A program made the position numbers and the translations under genes. Under the pieces are notes generated by a model that worked only from the letters and a program-made list of their open reading frames with translations, did not search any database and was not told where the DNA came from. A DNA stretch of 63,939 nt, filler included, from Lenisia limosa (lineage: Eukaryota; Protista; Breviatea), in the NCBI GenBank assembly GCA_001655205.1. It is 18 parts of 18 records of this genome, joined end to end, with 100 filler letters (N's around TTAATTAATTAA, not from the genome) between each part and the next. Parts side by side here need not be neighbours in the genome. Positions count along the whole stretch, not along the records: positions 1 to 1,063 come from LPNZ01001610.1; positions 1,164 to 9,805 come from LPNZ01009927.1; positions 9,906 to 19,215 come from LPNZ01009708.1; 15 more parts are not named here. One strand, given 5' to 3'. Shown here in pieces: positions 1-13,011 of the stretch (positions are counted from its first letter, which is position 1; every line of letters begins with the position of its first letter).

Positions 1-248
1 GAAAAATCATAAATGACACGGTTTCTCATAAATGACACGGTTTCCGTGCAGCAGCATATGATATGAAATATTACGACTGAAACTTAACTTTGTTGGTGTT
101 CATTCCGTTCACAATCCCACGATACCCACCTTTCTTGTTTGATTCACAACATTTCTGCTCCCAATATCGATAGCGAATTTTGCACAGCCTCAACTTCACT
201 GTGCTTCACCTTCTGGGGCAGAGCATTGTCTATTTTTGACTCCCCAAG

Positions 249-659
249 GACCTCCAAGACGCTGAAGAGCAGGCAATTGCTCGCAGACGAAACAGAAAAC
301 TTAGCATGCCGGCCGTCTTCCTGCTAGTTCTTGCCTTCGGTGTTGCTTCCATGGAGTATTCGACTGGGTCACCTATGTCACAAGGCAGGGCACTGCTTCA
401 ATATGTAAGTGGAATCTTTATTTTGAATCAAACCTTGTACGCTATTGCTTTTACATTTTACGATGTACGAAGAACTGCATACAAATATGTATATCATATA
501 ACATTTGAGTTTTTCTTTTTTACATCTCAGTTTTGTTCCTTAAAAGACAGTGTTTTACCTCCTCTCCAGCCTGAAACGACTGACGAAAATATCGGCTTCG
601 GAATCGGATGGTTGTCTTCTTTCCTCTATCTCTCTGCTCGAATCTATCAAGTCTATGAG
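249..659 (+). CDS. PQ-loop (PQLC2/LAAT1-like) membrane transporter, partial; exons 249-404 and 570-659
   Basis: Spliced: ...MPAVFLLVLAFGVASMEYSTGSPMSQGRALLQY|PETTDENIGFGIGWLSSFLYLSARIYQVYE. IGxxIGWxSxxLYLxxRIxQ matches the second PQ-loop motif (PQ here reads YQ). GT-AG boundaries are in phase. Confidence 0.6.
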
Positions 660-1008
660 GTAGGTGACTGTGCGATTTCTGTGAGGATCATTAACTTATA
701 ACTTGAGGGATCAACTTTTATCTGAGTGTCATTGAGACTTGGTCGTGACTTTCATCGTATTTCTCTTCCTTTAAAACCTGGTCCTGGGCCTTGTTGCACT
801 GCTCTTCGTTACTGTTAATGTAATGACACTTTTTTTCTCTGTTTTAACTTTATATTTTAAAATATCGATACAACTGCTCTTGTTAACGTTGTAGAATAAT
901 AAGTCTCGAGCTGTTGAGGGTCTGGCCTCGTTCACCTTTGTCACTGCTGTATGGAGGGATATTATGTACATCTACATACATGTATATATTATATACATGT
1001 ATATATAT

Positions 1009-1063
1009 ATAGGTGGGGGGACATGACCGTGTCCAGGGACATGACCGTGTCCACTTTTTAAAA
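1009..1063. repeat. Dispersed repeat F (aggtggggggacatgaccgtgtccactttttaaaa) with an internal duplication
   Basis: Reverse complement at 9995-10031. The core acatgaccgtgtcca is duplicated in this copy. Confidence 0.7.
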
Positions 1064-1163
1064 NNNNNNNNNNNNNNNNNNNNNNNNNNNNNNNNNNNNN
1101 NNNNNNNTTAATTAATTAANNNNNNNNNNNNNNNNNNNNNNNNNNNNNNNNNNNNNNNNNNNN
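1064..1163. other. Artificial scaffold spacer
   Basis: 44N+TTAATTAATTAA+44N. Confidence 0.97.
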
Positions 1164-4100
1164 GTCGGCCATTTTGATGATCATTTTCAAAACAAAGAGG
1201 CGATCATCATCGTTACCAAGACTGAGGGGTGGGGTAAAAATTGGAAAATGTATGCAACAAAAAAAAGCAAAATTAATTGTGATGGCTAACAACACAAGAG
1301 GGTTGATAACAAACAAAGCCCAGGCAGTCGCTTACGGGGTGGGGTACACTTCACTGTCACAAATGGTTTATTTGTTGAGTATTAAGTATCATATGGAAAC
1401 GATCGATTTGTTCCCCCTTATTCTCTGATTCAAATAATAATTTCCAAAAGGCAATTCAAAGGGCTTACTCAAGAGAGGGCTGTAGCTCTTTCCAGGAATT
1501 GACAATGTTGTTGTGCTGAATGGGTTAGAACACAAAGGTAAGGGAGAGAGGGGTAGACATTATAAAAGAGGAACTGTTTCACACAAACCAGAGTAAATAA
1601 TTACATATATGTATGAATAACTCCGAATTTCCGAAGTTCAATAGACCAACCTCAGCCATGTCTGTCGCCAGGATGCACGTCAGAATAACACTCCTCAGAC
1701 GGCGGTAAGAGTCTTCGTCGAGGTTCTGGATAAGACCGCATTCGCTACATCGTAATGCGCACTGGATTGAACATTTGAACATAGAATTACACCGTATATT
1801 ATTTTATATTTATAAGTTGTTTAAGAGAGACCACTGCTTTGACTCACTCGTTTATCATATATAGATGAAAGGGAGTAGATGGCCAACGCCGTTAAACCAG
1901 AGCATTACGTAGGAGAAGAATATTAATTTCCAATTATTCTGGAGATATACTAAGAACCCCGACCGTTAACAACTTTGACATTTTTAAAACCTTAGATACA
2001 TATGTACAATATGTGCATGTTTAGAAAAGCAAACTTGAGAAGCTTGAAACAGGTGGCAGCATGGTAGTTCTCCTAAACATTGTTAATAAGGATAGACAAT
2101 GCAATGATCATGGGATCTGGATTGGAGAGATATCAGAAAGAGCCACGAAAACCAATGGTAGCTGCTTCATCAATACAATGAGTTGTGTGAAGATATACGG
2201 CAGAATATTGATAGGTAGGAAGCCAACCAGAGGAGAGATGTCGTTGTAGGACGCGGCGTGGCTGGAGCGGCTTTGTACCTGAAAGGCGTTGTTTTGCCCT
2301 ATTAAGTGAGATGCAGAGTTGGGTCCAAAATACTGAACTAAAACTACTAAATATGCTATGATAGAGAATAGCGATGGAGTGAAAAAAATATATTGCCCAA
2401 ANNNNNNNNNNNNNNNNNNNNNNNNNNNNNNNNNNNNNNNNNNNNNNNNNNNNNNNNNNNNNNNNNNNNNNNNNNNNNNNNNNNNNNATGAGACAGACAC
2501 GCCAGCAGAAGTGCGAATCTTTCGACGTTGGAGAGCTGAGCACGGCACCCCATGGAGTCCACAAGACTGTATGCCATTTGCGTGACCTGTGGGGCGATAA
2601 AAAAGGCCCACGGTGTAATAGAGCTTCTTTGGTGAGCTATGAGGTAAAATGGTGCTAGAGCCAGAACAAAAGTTATAAATATTTGCTGGAACGGGGGGAG
2701 GGGGTATCACAATTTCGAGGAATGCCACTCAGAGAATATCATACAAAACACCCGGAAACCGTAAAGGCATGCAGGAAATTGTGGAACGGAACATTCCTAA
2801 AGAATGAACAATAAGATATAAGTTTGAAGGAAGAAATGAAACCGTCTACACTTCTACTTTCCAAAAAAAAAAATTATAAATTTAAACCAAGTCAGCTCAC
2901 TTCATTTCACGCAATACGGCTAGGAAGTAGGGTCGAAGCGCGCCGCGAGGAACGGGTAGCTCAGAAAAAGCAATCAAATCAGAGAACATATACTCCAGCA
3001 TTGAGAACTGTTGGGGGTGAGAGCGATGGAATCGGAGTTTAATACTTAGAACAAACAGATAGTAATACTTATTGAGATACAATTCAGTCTTTGTAACTAG
3101 ACGGAACCCCTCAACATAACAAATCTAGTCAGAGAATGTGGTGGTCCAAGTTTGTTTCAAATATGATACACAGCAAGGTTAAAAATGGTTTCTTATCCTT
3201 TTTGATTTCAAAATATGTGAATGATGTGTGATAAGGCGTTTTGATAAAATAAAAACAACAGCTTAGCGAAAGTTCAAAATAGAGAGGGGCTCTCACCAGG
3301 TCCCCCAGGCTGTGGCCGAACATGTCAAAGTCGTAAGTCAGAAGGCCGGCCCGGATGGCTGAACTGAGCGGACTGTTGTCCTCGGGCGTGTCTTCCTGTA
3401 TCGTCAACGGCGGGGGGGGGGGGGGGGGGGGGNNNNNNNNNNNNNNNNNNNNNNNNNNNNNNNNNNNNNNNNNNNNNNNNNNNNNNNNNNNNNNNNNNNN
3501 NNNNNNNNNNNNNNNNNNNNNNNNNNNNNNNNNNNNGGTATAAAAATACAAAATTTTATCACAATCATAATACAATGCAGGGGTGTCAATAATAAAATGG
3601 AAAGCACTTAAAACAGCCAAACACAACATTGAACAAGGTGTTTCAAACGGGCAGCTCACAATGTTCCTTGGTGACGAGATGAACTTCGGGGTCGAAAAGT
3701 GCTGTAAAATATAGTAAATTGTATGAATGTCAGTGACGAAGTTAAATTAGAACATGGGACTGAAAAGGTATTCTTATGTAAGTGCAACCCCCCTACAGCC
3801 GATGAAATATCGTTAAAGGACCGCATCCACTCTTTCTTGTCCCTCTCCCGTCGGGGGGTGGCTATAACGGTTAAAGTAACGGGAGCAAATGATGTAATCT
3901 GCTGGGTATTGAACAGCTTCAACCCTCGGTAATGCACTAGCTACGTAAGATGGCGTAGTGCACAAGATGACGTAATGGCGCATTGGAGTTTGATGTCTAN
4001 NNNNNNNNNNNNNNNNNNNNNNNNNNNNNNNNNNNNNNNNNNNNNNNNNNNNNNNNNNNNNNNNNNNNNNNNNNNNNNNNNNNNNNNNNNNNNNNNNNNN

Positions 4101-4910
4101 NNNNNNNNNNNNNNNNNNNNNTATCTTCGACTCACCAGACTAAACAATGTCACATCTTCCCCACTGATTTTTACCTATTCACTAAAAATAGGTCACAGAA
4201 ATAGCCCCCCACAGTGAGCTGCCGGCCAAGAGCTCTTTTGTGGTGCTTCAACAGGTCACAGAAAAGCGTTTTCCGGGAGGTCTGCAGGTATAAGGTGGGA
4301 TGAGAAGTAATCGTTAGCTCCGCTCAAATACAAAAAGATGTTGCATTAGGAATAACCACAACTTCACACAACCCCGAAACCAAAAAAAAAGAGCTCATAA
4401 AGTGCCGCCAACCTGGTTTCCCATTTCAGCAAGAGTTGCCTTAAATTCATCGTTTTCTGATTCAATTGCCTATTTGGGTGATTGGGGAAATATCATGATA
4501 TGATGCAATTGGAATTCTGATGGACAAACAAGGGAAAGATGTTTCTAGGTACACATGTTATAATATATATAGTGTAAGATTCAGAATGTTGCACTTTGGT
4601 AGAAGTTCTCCATATGCTATAGCAATGAATTGAGAAAATGGGTTCTGTTTAACCCATGTTAAGGGTGCTCTTGACTTGGTAATAAAAAAAAAACGAAAAG
4701 CTGTGAATAAGATACTTTAATTCGACATTATGTTTATGGTTTTGGAAATAATCAAGTATTACATATATATCTGAACACTCGCCAACTTGTACTCGATCCA
4801 GGATTTTCTGTTTCTCTTCCCTCCATCGCTGCTGCTGTTGCGACATCTCTTTCTGCAGATACGCAATCTCTTGCTTCTTAATATCCCTTTGGGCTGTTGA
4901 TCTGGGGAGG
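1164..4910 (-). CDS. Class I 3',5'-cyclic nucleotide phosphodiesterase with upstream PH-like and coiled-coil exons; 3' end truncated
   Basis: Exons in order: GLLTYDFDMF (3270-3410), LPVPRGALRPYFLAVLREM, NVPFHNFLHAFT|VTQMAYSL..ERFALLLACLSH, GQNNAFQVQSRSSHAASYNDISPL (2228-2298), RSVILTCILATDMAE (1650-1760), LFVLKMIIKMAD (1164-1221). These are the HNxxH, HD, NN..YND, ILATD and IKxAD motifs of PDEase_I. RERDKKEWMRSF (3810-3860) resembles a PH C-terminal helix. Confidence 0.9.
1224..1325 (-). repeat. Intron 3'-end cassette, module A
   Basis: Sense gcctgggctttgtttgttatcaaccctcttgtgttgttagcc...ttttccaatttttaccccacccctcAG, ending at the acceptor of the last visible PDE exon. Confidence 0.8.
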
Positions 4911-5299
4911 GTAAAACGGGAACATTTAAAAAACAAAACAAAAAAAAAACAAAAAAAAAACACAAAAAAAAAANNNNNNNNNNNNNNNNNNNNNNNNNNN
5001 NNNNNNNNNNTTGGCCATAAATCTGAGAAACACAAGATTGTTGAAAACAGTAAGTAAAAGCGAAATTACTTTTTACTTGTTGAAACAACCTGGAACACCA
5101 AACGGAAAGAATGTATAATTGTTAATGCCACCCCGATCGCTCAAAACTGCAAATTGGCATTAATATGGTCAAAATTTAGAGACAGATATCAGTTTCAAAA
5201 AAAGGAGGAGTATTAAAGACATAATGTGATAAAAATGCTACGCGTAAATGTCTGTTATTGCTTTCCTTGAAAGCGAAATATATAGATATTTGATTCAAG

Positions 5300-6682
5300 C
5301 AGCCCGAATCCCTACGTTTCCCTCGCAATTTGAACTTTTTCAGACAGTCTCTTGACCTTTTTGGTCAATTCGCCCATTTGGTCCTTAGTAAGAATAACTA
5401 CAATGTTATATCAGTAATTCCTGCACTAAATACTGTACAGATAGTATACAGACATGCAATATGCTCAATAAATCGGGCGGCCAACCATCGACATCCTTCA
5501 CGGTGTCATATGCCGCCGCCACGGGGTCACTTGGCGAATTCTCCAGTGTCTGGACAAGCAGTGACTGGAGGGTGAAACAGGCAGTGGAAATGGAAGTTTC
5601 ATCTCCGTGACAAAAATGACTTTCCACACAATTTCTCATCTGAAATAGATAATCTACATTTTTGAAACAGGACAAAATACGAGAGGTGAAACGGTCCCGT
5701 TCTGTAGTTATACGACCGATAACTGAGAATGGCTATTATGCTATGATCAGTGCACCCAATAAATGTGATAATAGCGATAGTTTTGCCCAGATACTACTTG
5801 TGAATGTTTCATTTCATCATATTATCCTGCAAGGGACCCACTTCAAGGAAAGAAGTGATGTTGTGTTCTTGTAAGTACTCCTTGGGGCTTCGTCTTTGGT
5901 GAGGACTTGCGGCTTCATAGTTAGATAGGAATATATGAGCACCTTATAATGAACCTGAACTTATCATTAAAACAGGCGTTTGTACACCTCTTTTGATACC
6001 ACCCCCCAACTAGAAGGCCGCGAGAGAGAAGGTACGCCATCCCGTTCAGCTGCGGCGGTAAATGTGCGGAATAGAGAATAAGAGCGGCAGGAGGAGAGTC
6101 CTCACCGTTACGTTGATGAGAGATAGACCATACATAGTTTATATCATTGACCATACACAGAAGATGATGCGGATTGCAAAGGTTGATTCCTTCACTGATT
6201 TAAATACAAAGTATAAACAAGAATGATGAACATGATGTACATTTGGAAGACACGTGGACTTTGGTCACAGAAAAGCGGGCGGGTACACGCAGGTGGTGGT
6301 GGTAACAGCAAGAGAAAAAACGGGTAATATAATTTCACATTGAAATGATTTAAGAAATCTTTCAACTTGAATCTATAATCTTCAGTTCAACATAGAAAAT
6401 TTAAATGGAAATGAAATCCAACCGCCCGCCTCCTCGCCAGCAATGCAACTCAATAAAAATGAGATGAGTCCTTCAACCATCTCCTGTCCCGCATACAATT
6501 AACTTGGCATTGTAGAACCTCTTTTATGAACTGTAGGGGGTCCTCAGGCTGACGGTAAGAACAGCAGCCCATAAAAATCAATAACTTACCTGGTGAAAAA
6601 CAAGGGAATAAACCAATTCACTAAATATATTCTTGAAGTTACTGCTATCGAGAAGCTTGGATACGTCCTGTGGAGTGCTCAT
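5300..6682 (-). CDS. 5' exons with two RIIa/Dpy-30 (D/D)-like motifs plus coiled coil; probably the N-terminus of the PDE gene
   Basis: ATG at 6682: MSTPQDVSKLLDSSNFKNIFSELVYSLVFHQ|PEDPLQFIKE (6590-6682, 6519-6548). Second motif SPKEYLQEHNITSFLE|SLLVQTLENSPSDPVAAAYD (~5840-5890, ~5445-5570). Then DQMGELTKKVKRLSEKVQIARE. Linkage to the PDE exons is inferred. Confidence 0.55.
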
Positions 6683-7026
6683 TGCTTCATTATGTGTTGC
6701 CCCGTTATCCTAACGGCTATATCCTGTAATTCCGTATGACTTTCTTAATTTAGTTGGTAATCTAATAAATTACAGGGCAGCTGATGGTTGATAGGTTGAT
6801 AATGACTTCACAAAATCACCACTGAAATATGCACTGGTACAATAGAGTTATATGTATATAAAGAGTTTTTTCACCTTGAAAATGCTGGTTTTGCAACAGT
6901 ATTCAACCACTTAACTTTATAATATATTTAATTGTATTGTTTTTAGTTACAAAACACTCTTCTAGTTAAAAGTAATTTTCGTTTGAGGCGCTTTCCCAAT
7001 GATCCAGTGCCATTTTTAAGGGTCAA

Positions 7027-9805
7027 ATGAAAAGATTATTCATATTTCTGGCGACAGCCCTTCTGGTCTTCTCTGTGGCGCTTTCTGAGTTGGTTATATT
7101 GAGGCCTCATCCCTGTTCTCACGCTCTTTCTCTTTTAGAAGTGGAGTATGTCGTTCAAATACGGTTATTATTGACGATGAGTTTGTAACTTCGACGTTAT
7201 ACGCCAATAACACCCTCTATGTTACCTCTGGTAGGTCCCTCCTCCGTTACCAGATTGCATTAACCTTCAACTAGGAAATGGGCTTGCCACTAGTTTTCTC
7301 CATGTGATTGATGGGCCTTCTTTCGAGTACCAGTCTCAATGTAGGGATAGACATTTTGACACATTCCTTGTTTTTTTCACCTTCCACCTTTTGCTTTGGT
7401 TCAATATCATGGTGATGTGGTATGAAAAAGGCAAAAATTGGAAACTTTGTTAGAGCTTCTGGTATTGTCAGAATAATTATTGTTCTGCTATGTTGTGCCC
7501 TTAATGGCCTTGTTTCCTTCTGATGATATTGTAATCGTACTCGAGCCTTTCATTTGATGCTTTTGTCCTGAACTTCCGTTCTCACTATTCAGTAACGGTG
7601 AACCTGACAGCACTGAGTCGAGTCTCTGACGCGGTGATCAGTAACGATCAATCCACTGTCTATTATGGTGACAGGGCCTTGTTAAAAAATTAGTGCATCT
7701 GGAAAGACGTCGCTAAATATTCAATATTATATATTTGCAAACAATCATTTTCTGGGTGTTTTTGAAGTGTAGCCTCATGTATGAGGGTAGATAAACACGA
7801 TCGATATCTAAATAGTATTACCCTGTTTTTACCCTGTTTTACCCTGTTTTTTCTCACCATTCACAGCGGGTAAATCCCTGAGCAACAAGGGAGTCATTGT
7901 GAAGGTTGATCTCAGCTCCCTCCAGGTACGTTATTGCTGTATTAGCAATGATTGTACCGAAGGGTTATGTGATGCGTTAAAGTAAATCAAAAAGCCAGGA
8001 TTTGCAGAATAGAATCTTGGTTAATATTTGATATTCTCCCAGGTTTATCGGAGCCATAGGTGAACTATCATTGTTTCCACAGATTTATCTTTTTCTCACG
8101 TTATAATAATGGTTAGCAGTTGAGCTGGGTATTTCGTTCATTTGCTGAGTGTTCCTCACCCAATCCCCAGATTCTTGCGACCTTCTCCACAGACTCCAGC
8201 GCCGGGCTCAGCACCATGACGCATCTTGCCACCGTCACTCTCGATAATGAGGCGGGTGTGCTCTATTCTGGCGCTGACGTGACGCGCATCAAGCTCAATG
8301 CAACGGACTTGAGCCTGCTTGAGACCAAGGTTGGACCGGGGGGCAACATATTGCTGAATTGGTGTTCAACAATGAAAAGAGGTTGAGAACATGTGAGAGG
8401 TCTATGTATTAGGAGTTTACTAAACTGTTTCACTGTTTAGTCGCTTTCTTACAATCTACAAGAGCTTGCCATGATCAAGCATAACTCTACAATGTAAGCG
8501 AGTTGGTTTGACAAACCCTGCAATCTGGGCCTCTTTTAATGTCTATATTTGGCCAATGTACGGTGTTACGTAGAATTTGCACCAGCACTAGTATTCATTC
8601 GCTTCAGGAAGCTCCTTTCGGGCAGTTCTTCCTTCCTCGACTTTGTGTTTATGTTTACTGATGACGACGTATCGAACCCTGTCCAATTGGTGGGGGAAGG
8701 GGGTTTACTGATTTAGTTTTTACAAATACGGACTTCTCTCATTTTACAACATATTTACCAGGTTCGAACACAATTAGTTTCACTGTTAAAAACGTTTTTT
8801 CGGGTCCCTTTACTCTTTACTCTAAAACGACTCTCTGCTCCTATACTTTAAAAACGAAATCTTGATTAATATTGATATTGATACCCTATTAGGCAGTTGC
8901 AAGTGGCGATGATTACCTCCGAAACATTCACTACAGCGAAGAGATGGACATGCTTCTTGTCTCCACCTCCCAAGGTCTTCTGGCCGAAATCTCTACTGCG
9001 AACTTCTCAATTGTGGGGGGGGGGAGGGGGAGGGGTCGACTAGATCTTGGGCTCATCTTTTCATTGTTTGTGGGGCAGGAGTTGTTTTGATATGATTTTT
9101 AACAGGTAGGGCTCTATACTCACAATACCAAAGGTTTTCATTTGGCATTAACTGCGCAGTTTCTTTTCATTTGCGAAGTTTTTTTTTCACTTTTTTCAGA
9201 TTCGGCAAATGACGGTACGTTCCAGGGGCACTCGGTCTTGTGGGTAGTTTTACCGGGAGTTTTTCTGGATTCTCTACATATAGTTACATTGAGTGTTTCA
9301 CTGAGAGTTTTTCTAGGGGGTGTGATGTGTTTTTTTGTGCGAGTTATCAAAAAGGTATTGCGTTAGAACCACAACCAGTTGTTTTTGTTCATGTAATATA
9401 TTTTCGACTGTATTGCTTGCTATTTTGTCACATATTTAAGTAATTTTTATTCATTAGTGTTTGTTCATATTTGCTCACATTTTTAGCTTCCTCCCCTCCC
9501 GACAGGCAGCAACAACGAAACTTGCACAGGTAGGGTACCGTAATTCAGCATTTCTCGATATCTGACTTGATGTCACTTAAAACCTTCAATAAATCCTTGG
9601 ATTGGTTTTCACACCCTTTTCGTGACCGTTTTGAACTCCTTGCCACTCTAATATCATAATTATTTGAGCATATTTACCACTGTAATCAAATGACTTTGTA
9701 GTGTCGTCCTTGTCTCTCGACCCCATTGACAACATCGCCATTATAACCTGTGACGATCCCCTCGGCTTCATAGCATCCGTCAGCTTGAGCGATATGGCGG
9801 TCACT
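7027..9805 (+). CDS. Secreted protein with beta-propeller-like repeats; 3' end truncated
   Basis: MKRLFIFLATALLVFSVALSE is a signal peptide. Phase-consistent exons follow: SGVCRSNTVIIDDEFVTSTLYANNTLYVTS, SRVSDAVISNDQSTVYY, KGVIVKVDLSSLQ, ATVTLDNEAGVLYSG, RNIHYSEEMDMLLVSTSQGLLAEI, SLSLDPIDNIAIITCD. Confidence 0.6.
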
Positions 9806-9905
9806 NNNNNNNNNNNNNNNNNNNNNNNNNNNNNNNNNNNNNNNNNNNNTTAATTAATTAANNNNNNNNNNNNNNNNNNNNNNNNNNNNNNNNNNNNNNN
9901 NNNNN
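9806..9905. other. Artificial scaffold spacer
   Basis: 44N+TTAATTAATTAA+44N. Confidence 0.97.
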
Positions 9906-10098
9906 AGTGAGGTTAGTATTCAACTTGTACTTGTGAAAAAGGGTCTTTCAAAGAAAAAAATCCAAAAGGCAACCCGGGCCGCGGGCCAGAATTTTTTAAA
10001 AAGTGGACACGGTCATGTCCCCCCACCTATGTATAATATAGTATATGTATTATGTAAATGTATAAAATATATATTCATTTTGTCTCTTAATTCATTAG

Positions 10099-12736
10099 AA
10101 ACTGCACCGCAAACTACAGTTCCTCCCAAAGCACTGGAAACTGCAGAGCTTGACGAAATTGCCTCAATCAAGGCAGAACTCATGTCTACCCCAGCAAAGG
10201 ATTCTAGACCTTTATCCAGCCCTCAAACGCCGTCTACAGCAGATACTTCAGAACTGCGTTGCGCTCGTCTTGACTTTAATCTTCGCTCAACTTGGGGTGA
10301 CCCTTACTATATGGTATGCAGTGGACGGCTTCGGCCAGATACAACCTTGTTCTTCTTTTACATTCTCTACTTACACTTGCCTTTTCTTATTTTTATTATG
10401 TTTTATAATAACACGTTGTTTAGGGACTCACTGGACTGGAGTTAGTCCTACCTTCTGGCGAAACCAAAGCCATTGCAATGCCTTGTATATCAGCATGCCC
10501 CTCGGATATTAACAGATTAGATGGGTATTCCGGGAGGGGGGGGAGCGCTTGTGTTCAATACATATATTGCTGATATATCCCACCTCCTCTCTCGAATGCT
10601 GATTTGTCTTAGGGCTGGTAATGACGACCGCACACTGGACAAACTCATTGACGGAGTGCACACAACTGACGACAGGCACATGTGGCTCATTCCATACAAT
10701 CCTGGAGAGGTACAATGGGCTTGATGAAATATATTTTCAATTGTTATATTCACAATAAAGGATCACACAATCACCATTATTCTCCCTGCGGACAAGAAAG
10801 GCGATGGCAAGATGGCACTGGCGGGTATCAAGGTTAGGAAAAATTTAGTTTTATGACGGTCAAGCGGTCAAGGGGTTTTTGATCGCTGAAAATAGACTAG
10901 TTTTTTTTTTTTCAATATGCGGCCTTTATCCTCTTTTACGTGCTGACTTGCCAGGTGTGGAACTGGAACAAATCCGTTGAAGACAGCGCTCGAGGTGTAC
11001 AATATGCCACAATCAAAGCAGATGGAGTCCTTGTTACGCCAAGAGAAGGCGTAGCTTTCAGAAGAGGCCTTGGTCTCAATGGTATGTAGTAGAATTACAT
11101 TCATGCACCCCCCCCCCCCCCCCNNNNNNNNNNNNNNNNNNNNNNNNNNNNNNNNNNNNNNNCAAGAAGAAGGCCTTGACTGGGGTCATGTCATTCCACT
11201 CCCCACACCCCACGCGGGCGATTCTTTACCAACATTCGACCGCGTCTCCCTGGCTGAATCGATTCCGTATACTAACAGGAAGCAACATCCTGGTATCACA
11301 GTAGTCAAGCAGGAGTATGACGTTGTTTGAGGGGGGGGGGGGGTNNNNNNNNNNNNNNNNNNNNNNNNNNNNNNNNNNNNNNNNNNNNNNNNNNNNNNNN
11401 NNNNNNNNNNNNNNNNNNNNNNNNNNNNNNNNNNNNNNNNNNNNNNNNNNNNNNNNNNNNNNNNNNGTTTCACTTCACAAAATCTTACAACCAGGTCCCC
11501 TTGCCCTCTGGAATGGTGTGGCAATTCAACCTTCGGTCCACACATGGTGATGGCTATTACATTGGAATGACCGGATTGCAGGTATATTGGCTACCGTTTC
11601 CACTGACACTCTGTTGTTCCAATATTTGTGTTCTTGATTAACTCTATTAAGCTCGTGGACGAAAATGGTTTTGTTATCCCTCTACAACCAGAATGGGTCC
11701 ACTCCACTGACGTCAATGTTCTACCAGATATACAGGTAGGAACATCAACGATCATCAAATTATCAATTATGCAGTCTATCATATTGGGGGGGGGGGGGTA
11801 TGGNNNNNNNNNNNNNNNNNNNNNNNNNNNNNNNNNNNNNNNNNNNNNNNNNNNNNNNNNNNNNNNNNNNNTGACCCGCGTGTTGCTAGCAACGTTGTTA
11901 CGCCACCTTTTAATACGTTTGACCCAGCCAAAATGTGGCTCGCACCATTACCCTCAAACAAAGTTAGTTTCTTTTATTTATCAACGGACAATTTCTTTTT
12001 ATTACAGCTTTATCTAACCACCATAGGTTGTTACTTTGCTGGTTTTGATACCCTACTCTGTGGCTGTTTCAGTTGTCCGGGTGTGGAATTATGCGAAAAC
12101 CGCAACAAGAGGAGTGAATGACATTGAGGTAAGCTGGGAAGTACAGTTTTAATCATGTAGCTTGCTTGTTGGGTATCAAATATTGAGTATTCTACTGGTC
12201 AATAGTAATATATGATATAAAATATAGTAATGATGTATGGTGGTAGCTGACCACACTGGCAAGACTGAATCACAAGTGTGTAATACCACAAAATTACCCA
12301 CCTTTCCATTTTTGATAATTCAGATAATTGTTGACGGTGTGATCGTCAACCAATGTCGCTGCCGTGCTGCCCCATCCAGAAACTCCAAAGAAGCGAAGGA
12401 CTTCTGCCAATCCATCCTCTTCTCGAACAATATGGTAAGCTAATCTAAAACTGTTATTTGCTTCACTTCTGGGAGATACACTGCCTATGTAATATTCTTT
12501 AGAATGTTGTGAAAAAGGAGCGTGTACGTGCCTGGATACCTCCTGCTGTAAAATCCAAAGAAAACGTTGTACTGGTCAATAACGGCAAGGTATGTTATTT
12601 TTTACAAGAATACCACTGCTTTAATTTCGGACATCTAAAGAACCAGATTGTTCAACATGTGAAGGATAATAAAATGTTGAGCATACCCGCACAACGCCCA
12701 ACAACGTCTTGGGGAAGTAGCTGGTATGCGGGGTAA
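10099..12736 (+). CDS. KATNIP: Katanin-interacting protein (KIAA0556/DUF4457 repeats), 3' part
   Basis: Two DUF4457-like repeats: FNLRSTWGDPYYM|GLTGLEL..DDRTLDKLIDGVHTTDDRHMWLIP..VWNWNKS and FNLRSTHGDGYYIGMTGLQ..DPRVASNVV..MWLAP..VRVWNYAKTATRGV. Ends RPTTSWGSSWYAG* at 12736. Confidence 0.88.
10321..10367. repeat. Dispersed intronic repeat D (gtggacggcttcggccagatacaacctt...)
   Basis: Related copies at 23161-23187, 27312-27356 (rc), 38206-38224, 50557-50598 (rc) and 55087-55115. Confidence 0.6.
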
Positions 12737-13011
12737 CAGAAATGACGTGTGTTTTGTTTCTGACATTTTAGATGAATCATCATCAGTATTTTTGTTTTGT
12801 TTCTTATTTCATCTATTTAAGTTAGGAATTCTAAGGATAATGTAATCTGATTTCATGTACCAATGGTATCGTTTCCAGGCCTGTAGTCCACAAAAATGCC
12901 GGATTATGCCTCTCGGCATTTGTTCCCAAAAGGAAGTGTAAATATCCATAACATTAGAAAAAGGGTCCCAGACATAACCCACCCCAAACACCAAACCAAT
13001 CCCTCAGTCAA

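Noticed and set aside
1108-1119. TTAATTAATTAA palindrome repeated 17 times as a biological motif or CRISPR-like repeat
   Set aside because: It is always centred in exactly 44+44 Ns, so it is an assembly spacer.
2108-2728. 206-aa hydrophobic ORF as a membrane protein
   Set aside because: It crosses a gap and introns. Only 2228-2298 is coding in that frame (PDE exon).
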